Shown here piece by piece: positions 36,846-43,300 of a stretch of 54,973 nt of DNA. The stretch comes from a virus. Its lineage: Duplodnaviria; Caudoviricetes. The position numbers were made by a program, and so were the translations under genes. Under the pieces are notes generated by a model. The model was not told where the DNA came from and did no database searches. It was given only the letters and a program-made list of their open reading frames with translations. How positions within the stretch are numbered: the stretch's first letter is position 1; the number at the start of each line of letters is the position of its first letter. Location: positions 1 through 54,973 of the IMG/VR virus record IMGVR_UViG_3300046752_000076. The stretch is one strand, 5' to 3'.

Positions 36846-36885
36846 CTTAGCAGGGGAGCGCCTTCGACCACTCGGCCACGTCTCC
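36846..36885 (-). other. attP: attP core: 5' 40 nt of tRNA-Ser(GCT)
   Basis: GGAGACGTGGCCGAGTGGTCGAAGGCGCTCCCCTGCTAAG = acceptor 5' strand, D arm and anticodon loop CT-GCT-AA; no variable arm, T arm or CCA follows; about 100 bp from the integrase stop. Confidence 0.85.
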
Positions 36886-36892
36886 GTGGATG

Positions 36893-36921
36893 GTGATACG
36901 CGTTACGCTTTTGATCTGCAA
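36893..36921 (-). promoter_or_regulatory. Sigma70-type promoter in front of the tRNA 5' fragment
   Basis: TTGCAG-N17-TATCAC ending 7 nt before tRNA position 1. Confidence 0.7.
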
Positions 36922-36981
36922 GAGTTATTTCCATGAGCTTATGTATAACTTTCGATGTCCAAATTAGTTGTGTGGCTGACG

Positions 36982-37992
36982 CTACGTAAGCGACATCACG
37001 GCTGCTTTGTGATCTTCGTATGTTGTGTTCATGTATCGCATGACCATCTTCAAATCACTGTGCCCAAGTAAATCAGCGATCACTTTAGGCGGTACGCCAT
37101 TACGTGCAAGACGTGTAGCGAATGTGTGGCGTAGTGTGTACGGACTTTTATTTATCTTTAGTTTATCCGTCACCTTACGCCAGTGATACCCGATCTGTTT
37201 GTTCGTTTCGAACGGTCTGCCTTCCAGCAAGAACGGATATAAACTTGGCGGTGGATCACTCTTTGGTATTGTTGCGAGTGCCCTGTCGTTAAGGGGCACC
37301 CGACGCTCCCTGAGTTCTCCGTCTGCTCCCTTATACGAGCCGAGGACTACCGTACTGTTGGTAAAGTCTACGGCTGTATAAGTTAAACGCATTGCTTCTA
37401 TTGGTCGTGCGCCAGTATGCAAAAGGAAAGTACACAATCGTCTCACGTCAGGATGCAAATCAGGAAAGATTAATTCTATCTCTTCCACTGACAGCGTATC
37501 GGTTTTGTGTTTTCCCTCTCGCGGCTTCTTTATTTTTATACTGTCACGTAACCCTAAAGATGCAGCAAAATTTAGCAGACCTTGTAATTGGTTTAAGTCA
37601 CGTCTGATCGTAGAGTTCGCATTGCCTTTGTTGACGTGTACCTCTTCAACATATTCCTCAATATCATTAAGGTCTATCTTGTTGACTTGGTAGTCACCAA
37701 AGTAATCCGTCAATCGCATTACGTAATCCACTGTAGACTTTGAGCTGCCTGTGTGCGGCGACTTTAAATATCTACGCGCTACGGATTTGAATTTGTTTTG
37801 TGCTCCATGAGTATTCTTCGCACCTAACTTAATCGCACCCGATAAAACCTTCGCTTCAAACTCAGCGCATAGGTCTTTAGCGTGGACGTAATCATGTGTA
37901 CCCAGAGTATGCCTTACTCGTAATCCTTGGAACGAGCCAATGGCGTGGTACATTTTACGACCAGAAATTTTTTTAACTTTGAATAACGGCAT
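36982..37992 (-). CDS. int: Tyrosine integrase
   Basis: TGARPIE, YTLRHTFATRL, LLGHSDLKMVMRY catalytic motifs. Confidence 0.95.
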   Translation of the reverse strand: MPLFKVKKISGRKMYHAIGSFQGLRVRHTLGTHDYVHAKDLCAEFEAKVLSGAIKLGAKNTHGAQNKFKSVARRYLKSPHTGSSKSTVDYVMRLTDYFGDYQVNKIDLNDIEEYVEEVHVNKGNANSTIRRDLNQLQGLLNFAASLGLRDSIKIKKPREGKHKTDTLSVEEIELIFPDLHPDVRRLCTFLLHTGARPIEAMRLTYTAVDFTNSTVVLGSYKGADGELRERRVPLNDRALATIPKSDPPPSLYPFLLEGRPFETNKQIGYHWRKVTDKLKINKSPYTLRHTFATRLARNGVPPKVIADLLGHSDLKMVMRYMNTTYEDHKAAVMSLT

Positions 37993-37995
37993 CCG

Positions 37996-38190
37996 TTACA
38001 CTCCTACGGGTGGGGCTAGGGGAACAACGGGAATACTCCATGCTCTACCACTGACCCAATCTGACTGAGGTACTCCGCACCTCTGCATCATTTTAAATCT
38101 CTGAATAATTCTTGACGTTGATGTGCATAAGTAGGACCAATTATAGTGTGACCCTTTAGCTATGTTATGTTTCATATAGTTAGGGAACAT
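37996..38190 (-). CDS. Hypothetical protein upstream of the integrase
   Basis: 64 aa, TAATG-coupled to the LuxR-type gene. Confidence 0.45.
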   Translation of the reverse strand: MFPNYMKHNIAKGSHYNWSYLCTSTSRIIQRFKMMQRCGVPQSDWVSGRAWSIPVVPLAPPVGV

Positions 38191-38642
38191 TATTCTGTTT
38201 CCCTTCTGTAAATCGCAGCGTGTGGATCGTTGCCGACTTCAAAAGTCTTGCCCCAATCTACTGGCAAACCACCAGATGCTTTCTGGTAATCTGTCGGGTC
38301 AACCCGTTCCATAATATCGTTTAGAACGAGGGCTGCCTGACCCCTTGTTTTAGTTCCAACCTTCTTGCAGACCGCACGTACATGCAACTTCACAGTATTC
38401 TCTCCGATATTTAGAACTTGGCCTATGTCTTTATTAGACCATCCTTCTATTAAGAGCTGTGATGTAACATGTTGCTTAGATGTCATAGTACGTAGCAAAG
38501 ATAATTCTGCTGCGGATACTTTAACATCTTGAGCAAGTACGTTGCTTTGGTTGGCAGTACTATTACTAAGTAATAAGTTTGTAATAATGTCCAACTTGGC
38601 TTCAATTCTGGCTAAGTCGAACTTCAAAGTTTGTACTGACAT
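38190..38642 (-). CDS. LuxR/GerE-type HTH regulator
   Basis: MTSKQ...GWSNKDIGQVLNIGENTVKLHVRAVCKKVGTKTRGQAA; likely start MSVQT at 38642; no receiver or AHL-binding domain. Confidence 0.85.
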   Translation of the reverse strand: MSVQTLKFDLARIEAKLDIITNLLLSNSTANQSNVLAQDVKVSAAELSLLRTMTSKQHVTSQLLIEGWSNKDIGQVLNIGENTVKLHVRAVCKKVGTKTRGQAALVLNDIMERVDPTDYQKASGGLPVDWGKTFEVGNDPHAAIYRRETE

Positions 38643-38803
38643 GTTAATATCTTGATCCTTAAAAGTTGATAAGTGAGTTGATAGAAGTTTATCTTCTATA
38701 TCTTCTATGTAGTGTTTACGATACACCATTGTCAACAACCTTTTCCTAGTTACGCACAACTTTGTACGTAAAACACTGATAATAAATGAAACTTTTTATA
38801 ACT

Positions 38804-39202
38804 TTAGATGTGTGCTTTTAAAACAAAGCAAGCTTTCATACGTTTAACCAAGTAATCTGTATACCCCGACCAAAACTTTTTAAGTTCTGGTGAGGCCGCT
38901 AGGTTTTGATACTTTGAACGACACGGCTGTTCGGGGCAACGGGTGTGTACTGCCCATCCTTCTGCAACCATCACATCTAAAATATGGTTGCAACCTCGCT
39001 GACTTAATTGCGCACCTTTCGCAATTTTGTTAGCTGAAATACCTTTCTCTCCCCCCTCTAATATAAGGAGAGCGACGTCCCATCTCGACCAAGACGAGAA
39101 AATGTAATTACACAACCTCTTATTATGGTCGAGCTTTAAGTCTTCAAGTCTTTTCGAACTTGTAACACACAGATTAAGGACTTCACGTTCAATAGGTTTC
39201 AT
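38804..39202 (-). CDS. Putative winged-HTH (MarR-like) regulator
   Basis: ISANKIAKGAQLSQRGCNHILDVMVAEGW. Confidence 0.55.
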   Translation of the reverse strand: MKPIEREVLNLCVTSSKRLEDLKLDHNKRLCNYIFSSWSRWDVALLILEGGEKGISANKIAKGAQLSQRGCNHILDVMVAEGWAVHTRCPEQPCRSKYQNLAASPELKKFWSGYTDYLVKRMKACFVLKAHI

Positions 39203-39313
39203 GGTTTGAAAAATTAATAATCAGTTTCATTACCACTACAGTTTCGAAAAAAAATAGTAAAGTAAACTGAACTGAGTTCGCTTAATATACAAGCCTAATG
39301 AACATAATAGTTA

Positions 39314-39523
39314 CTAATCGCACACCCGATGGTGTGTTTCGTTATGAACTATAACGTCTGTGAGCATCTCTTTATCGTTCTTCATTAACCAATCGGCTAC
39401 CTCGTCGTTGTCAAAGTAGATGGGGTAGGCTATATCGCAGTACGTATCACCGCTTATCTTTGCGCACCCAAGTAGAGGCACGATCAGACAACTCAGTATC
39501 ATCCATAGCTTTAATTTCATCAT
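39314..39523 (-). CDS. o-spanin (Rz1-like lipoprotein)
   Basis: Signal peptide with LLGC lipobox, extra Cys residues, overlaps the i-spanin in another frame. Confidence 0.75.
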   Translation of the reverse strand: MMKLKLWMILSCLIVPLLGCAKISGDTYCDIAYPIYFDNDEVADWLMKNDKEMLTDVIVHNETHHRVCD

Positions 39524-39686
39524 CGATTACTTTCTGTATTTTTAAATTTGACAGGCGTTTTTCGTCTATCTTTCTTTTGATTTTGTCCTGACCCCTTGCG
39601 ACACCTGTTGAATAAATTCCAATCAGGCCAAGTACGAACGCTGCGCCAACGAGCGCGTAGAGCTGAAGCTTTTGCATACCAAACAT
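39447..39686 (-). CDS. i-spanin (Rz-like)
   Basis: N-terminal TM helix plus charged helix; follows the endolysin. Confidence 0.7.
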   Translation of the reverse strand: MFGMQKLQLYALVGAAFVLGLIGIYSTGVARGQDKIKRKIDEKRLSNLKIQKVIDDEIKAMDDTELSDRASTWVRKDKR

Positions 39687-40358
39687 TTACTTCCAGCCTT
39701 CTGCCCAAGCCTTAATTCTTTCTCTCATTATATAAACGCCGAAAAGAATAGTGAGGCCAGCAAAACCCAGAATGATATACTGACTTGTTTCGTTCATGCC
39801 TGAGAGTGAAGTGACGGCAGTACCAGCACTGGCTGCAACTGTAGCTGCTGATGCCTTAACTGTTTTACTTTGGGTTGGTTTCGTACGCTCGGGCTTCTTA
39901 GCCGTTGCTTCGGAGAGCGACATGCCAGCCAACCATTTCTGTACGCGAAAGCCAGGACATGCTTTGGACGAGATGCGATTGTGTCCAATCACTCGCTCGC
40001 TCTTTATGTTGTACTGACCCTGTAGCTTTCGTATCAGTTCGTATGCTGCTGCTAGTTGTAGCGGTGTGAAGTGATCGGTTGCTAGGTCGTCTGCATCTGA
40101 ACCGAAGCCACCAAAAAGTGCGATGCCAATACTATCTTTATTATGACCACGCGCATGACTACCGATCATCTCGATAGGTCTGCCCTGTACGACTTCTCCG
40201 TTGCGACCTATGAGGTAATGATATCCAATCGCCTTCCATCCCCGATCTACGACGTGCCACTTTTCCACTTCTTTGACTTGTTCGTTAATTGTTTTCTTAT
40301 CCCACCAATCGGGACGGGTCGCGGTACAGTGGACAATGATCTGTCTAATCTGTCTCAT
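39687..40358 (-). CDS. Endolysin, N-acetylmuramoyl-L-alanine amidase (Amidase_2) with C-terminal hydrophobic segments
   Basis: IIVHCTAT, IGYHY, GSHARGHN, GHN...KACPGF; C-terminal YIILGFAGLTILFGVYIM. Confidence 0.92.
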   Translation of the reverse strand: MRQIRQIIVHCTATRPDWWDKKTINEQVKEVEKWHVVDRGWKAIGYHYLIGRNGEVVQGRPIEMIGSHARGHNKDSIGIALFGGFGSDADDLATDHFTPLQLAAAYELIRKLQGQYNIKSERVIGHNRISSKACPGFRVQKWLAGMSLSEATAKKPERTKPTQSKTVKASAATVAASAGTAVTSLSGMNETSQYIILGFAGLTILFGVYIMRERIKAWAEGWK

Positions 40359-40753
40359 AGTTTAAACTCCCTGTGTAAACTTTCTGTTTGAGCTTCAAGT
40401 GTGAAGTCTATTGGGTTTATTTTAAGAGATATGGGGGGTTTGTCGTCCCATCTGCGAGCTAGGACTAGGCCAGTATCGAGAGCTACGAACAGATACACAC
40501 CGTCGTAAAAATCTTTACGGGCTTCGTTGACTTTAAAACAGTATCGGTAGTTGTCTGAGTACCTATCTTTTCGGTGGTATGGTTTACGTGACGACTTTAC
40601 TTGTACGCGAATAATATCACCGTTTGGATGTGATACCCATAGGTCATCGTGAGGGAGGTCTACGTGAGTGGTGCGTAGTCCCAGCTTTTCTAAAACGTAC
40701 GCCGCATAAAATTCTGCTGCACGTCCAGAGTAAATATTGTTCTGATTGCTCAG
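40355..40753 (-). CDS. PD-(D/E)XK endonuclease-like protein with non-canonical start
   Basis: Absent from the ORF track. 132-codon open frame LSNQNNIYSGRAAEFYAAYVL...PHDDLW...IRVQVKSS...YLFVALD...EFKL; ATGA coupling to the endolysin. Confidence 0.7.
   Translation of the reverse strand: MSNQNNIYSGRAAEFYAAYVLEKLGLRTTHVDLPHDDLWVSHPNGDIIRVQVKSSRKPYHRKDRYSDNYRYCFKVNEARKDFYDGVYLFVALDTGLVLARRWDDKPPISLKINPIDFTLEAQTESLHREFKL
40419..40448 (-). promoter_or_regulatory. GGACGAC-type putative late promoter for endolysin and spanins
   Basis: GGACGAC (40442-40448), 17 nt, TAAAAT about 60 nt before the endolysin ATG; lies inside the nuclease ORF. Confidence 0.5.
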
Positions 40754-41029
40754 TTATCTGTTGCGCAGTAAGTTTTCTAAATGTGTAATGGTCGCTTTTG
40801 CTGTCGCTAAATCTGATCGTAATTCTGCGATCTCTCCCAATAGTTGTTCTATCTGCTCCGTTTTATCGTCAAGTTTTTCAGCCAAACGATCTACTTGGTA
40901 CTTGAGTGTGTTCTGGTACTCAGCGTTAGCATCGCGTCGTGCTTTCTCTCGCATCGATACGAAGCTCCAAAACCCAGCGCTTCCGATTAGTGCTACGGCT
41001 AGTGTGATTATGTGCTCAAGTCCCACCAT
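40754..41029 (-). CDS. TM plus coiled-coil lysis-module protein (holin/antiholin candidate)
   Basis: IITLAVALIGSAGFWSFV followed by heptad coiled coil. Confidence 0.6.
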   Translation of the reverse strand: MVGLEHIITLAVALIGSAGFWSFVSMREKARRDANAEYQNTLKYQVDRLAEKLDDKTEQIEQLLGEIAELRSDLATAKATITHLENLLRNR

Positions 41030-41036
41030 TACTTCC

Positions 41037-41222
41037 CTATGTCTGCGTACCTATGTCTACGCAACGTGAAATATGAAAGCCACCTTCGGGCTTACTAATG
41101 TTTAACATCTGTTCGTTGTTGATACGTTGCAACTCACATGCCTCTTGTGTCGTAAAAATAAATGGCAACGGCTGTATTCTGTACTCGCTTCCAACAAACA
41201 ATAAAAACACAGCCACCCACAT
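41037..41222 (-). CDS. Small two-Cys protein with hydrophobic N-terminus
   Basis: MWVAVFLLF...FTTQEACE...C. Confidence 0.55.
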   Translation of the reverse strand: MWVAVFLLFVGSEYRIQPLPFIFTTQEACELQRINNEQMLNISKPEGGFHISRCVDIGTQT

Positions 41223-41410
41223 CAGCTTAACTTCTTCTTTAAGTATAGTAGAGTAGCGTAGACTGTTATCAGATATACAGTTGCTATGCTGACATCGACT
41301 AGGTGCTCGCGCATATGGTAAATAAACTCTATGCCTGCCTGTACGTCACCTTCAGTATAACCTACGTTTACGTTCTTCGTACCAGTAAAGTTCTCGATGG
41401 TTTGTTCCAT
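41222..41410 (-). CDS. Small protein with C-terminal TM segment
   Basis: 62 aa, packed between neighbours. Confidence 0.55.
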   Translation of the reverse strand: MEQTIENFTGTKNVNVGYTEGDVQAGIEFIYHMREHLVDVSIATVYLITVYATLLYLKKKLS

Positions 41411-41575
41411 TTACTTCTCCGCCCATAGGCAAGCTAGTGTTTCGTTCGACTTAGTTACTATTACTTTTGCTTCGTCCTTTTCCTGCTGGCATATTTCTTC
41501 CGACCCGTGCGTACTGATTTGGTAGTAGTTAATCTCACCAGTCGTTGTGAAATTGATCCACACTAAAAACCACAT
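41411..41575 (-). CDS. Small two-Cys protein (54 aa)
   Basis: Hand translation MWFLVWINFTTTGEINYYQISTHGSEEICQQEKDEAKVIVTKSNETLACLWAEK. Confidence 0.6.
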   Translation of the reverse strand: MWFLVWINFTTTGEINYYQISTHGSEEICQQEKDEAKVIVTKSNETLACLWAEK

Positions 41576-41636
41576 GCCCTATCTTCCCTTCCTAGTTCAG
41601 CTTTCGTGCAGCGCAGCCCTAGCGGAGCTGCCCCAA

Positions 41637-42128
41637 CTAAGCGATCCCCTTGAACCTCAAGACCCCGTAACCCAATAATCCTAGAAGCCCTAAAAATAGT
41701 ACGCCTGCTGCTACGTACCCAAGAAATTCCATACGTTCGTTGTGATCTGCTAGTGCTTGCTTGCGTGCTTTGGCGCGTGCAGCACGCGCTTCGTTTTCAA
41801 AAATTAGGAAGCGATCCCAACTCCCTGGCCTCCCGTACAAGCGGCACATCGATCTTAAATTTTCTCTATTCTCTTTTAATTCTTCTAACTTTTGGAAAGC
41901 TTCGAAGTCGCTGGCTGACTTACCCAAGAACTTATTGTAGATAGAGTTCTTGTCCTTATCTACCATAGCCTTCAGCTTCTCTTCACTATCGAGAACCACA
42001 CCAATTTTGTCGGCAACGGAGGCTAACTCCTTGCCGTTCTGTATCGATTGCTTGATCACCCCGTATGCTGCGTTACACGCGCTTGCCAGTGCGATTACTT
42101 CTGCTACCGCCACGTCGAACTTCTCCAT
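41637..42128 (-). CDS. Membrane-anchored helical protein of the lysis region
   Basis: 163 aa with C-terminal TM helix; exact start uncertain. Confidence 0.65.
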   Translation of the reverse strand: MEKFDVAVAEVIALASACNAAYGVIKQSIQNGKELASVADKIGVVLDSEEKLKAMVDKDKNSIYNKFLGKSASDFEAFQKLEELKENRENLRSMCRLYGRPGSWDRFLIFENEARAARAKARKQALADHNERMEFLGYVAAGVLFLGLLGLLGYGVLRFKGIA

Positions 42129-42225
42129 TGACAGACACGGTTGTCTTTGGTGTTCGTAAGATTTTTTGGTACGCAGTCTTTGCTGCCTTACCCCGTCGTG
42201 AATTTGATTTTGCTTTACGTGCCAT
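42073..42225 (-). CDS. Possible Arg/Lys-rich micro-protein (50 aa)
   Basis: MARKAKSNSRRGKAAKTAYQKILRTPKTTVSVNGEVRRGGSRSNRTGKRV; ATG 7 nt after the -10 box, so possibly leaderless. Confidence 0.45.
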   Translation of the reverse strand: MARKAKSNSRRGKAAKTAYQKILRTPKTTVSVNGEVRRGGSRSNRTGKRV

Positions 42226-42232
42226 GAAGATC

Positions 42233-42264
42233 AACATAACCGATATGAGTTTGCTATGTCGTCC
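42233..42264 (-). promoter_or_regulatory. GGACGAC-type putative late promoter heading the lysis region
   Basis: GGACGAC (42258-42264), 19 nt, TATGTT; 5 nt after the resolvase stop. Confidence 0.7.
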
Positions 42265-42269
42265 TCTAA

Positions 42270-42647
42270 CTAGGAAATAGAACCTGTCTCCAACAAGTAC
42301 GAGAGGTAAAGTTCACGCCAATCATGCAGTCTCATTACTACTAAGCTTTCACCCAGCTTCTCACCATTACGTCGCGTAATAACAACTGGCTTTTCTGGTG
42401 CGTGTGTAAGACGTATGTTTCTTTCTGCTTGCTTCATAGCTTCTCGAACATTTAAACGCTCTACGCGTTTTGCTTCTATAAAAATATCTGGCGTACCGAT
42501 TATGTCGGCACCACCCACTACTCCTATCTTGCCACCGCCAGAAAGCGGTGCTCTTTGGCATCTGTTTTCATTAAAGATATGATCGTTGAACCAATGTGCT
42601 AGGTCTACTTCGTACCTATCACCTTTTCTTTTCTGTGGATTAGCCAT
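42270..42647 (-). CDS. Holliday junction resolvase (Hjc-like PD-(D/E)XK)
   Basis: KRKGDRYE, PLSGGG, ADI...IFIEAKR, KPVVITRRN. Confidence 0.8.
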   Translation of the reverse strand: MANPQKRKGDRYEVDLAHWFNDHIFNENRCQRAPLSGGGKIGVVGGADIIGTPDIFIEAKRVERLNVREAMKQAERNIRLTHAPEKPVVITRRNGEKLGESLVVMRLHDWRELYLSYLLETGSIS

Positions 42648-43003
42648 TAGAACGGCACCTCTGGTTTGTAAGGCTTCTTCCTCGCCTGAGTTTTATGCTC
42701 TTCTTCGTAAGCTATTCGTCTAGCGTCTGCCTCTTTGTCTAGGCATGGGTCGCAACGGTACTGGTTCTTAGCTCTGGGTTTTATACAGCCGCAGTTAAGA
42801 CAAGGCCGCCTCCACATTTTTGGAGACGGCTTGATTTGGTACTTGGCACCTGGAAAGTATTGAAGATTGAGCCTCATTAATATTCGTTTGAGCGTATCGA
42901 TACAAACGTCGTAACGCTCTGCTAATTCTTTGTGAGAGTAAGTATTATGAAATCGTTTTAGCCAAGCCACCTCTTCATCAGGTAGCTTTGTTTTTCTTGA
43001 CAT
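42647..43003 (-). CDS. HTH plus C4 zinc-finger protein (candidate transcription activator)
   Basis: Likely start MSRKTK at 43003 (AGGGGG RBS); DEEVAWLKRF...SHKELAERYDVCIDTLKRIL HTH and CLNC...CDPC. Confidence 0.7.
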   Translation of the reverse strand: MSRKTKLPDEEVAWLKRFHNTYSHKELAERYDVCIDTLKRILMRLNLQYFPGAKYQIKPSPKMWRRPCLNCGCIKPRAKNQYRCDPCLDKEADARRIAYEEEHKTQARKKPYKPEVPF

Positions 43004-43049
43004 GACCCCCTTCAATGCAATTTCTTGAATGAACATGTTTCGTTTTGTA

Positions 43050-43300
43050 ACATATATACAACTATGGGTAAACGTAAGTTGTGTAAAAATATATACTTTG
43101 GTCTTGACAATACGAACGAACACGATAAAATCGCAAGCGATGTAGGCGACTGCAAGCGAATACAAGCTACGCTTAGTAGCTTGTATGAACGCAGCACAAA
43201 GACGTAACGTAGACGCGATTTTATCGGTTTTCAAAAACAAATATTACGAACGATTGTGCGACAATTTTTTTTTGTACGAACGGTTATATTGGTTATATTT
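43050..43300. other. Putative replication origin/regulatory region
   Basis: Non-coding, AT-rich, directly downstream of the primase-helicase gene; nested inverted repeats, TACGAACG x3, GGTTATATT x2. Confidence 0.5.

Noticed and set aside
36790-36885. Complete phage tRNA-Ser gene
   Set aside because: After the anticodon loop the sequence has no matching 3' stem, variable arm, T-loop or acceptor 3' strand; only the 5' fragment is present.
43004-43240. N-terminal part of the 197-aa track ORF 42647-43240
   Set aside because: It crosses the repeat-rich non-coding region; an RBS and protein-like sequence begin at ATG 43003.
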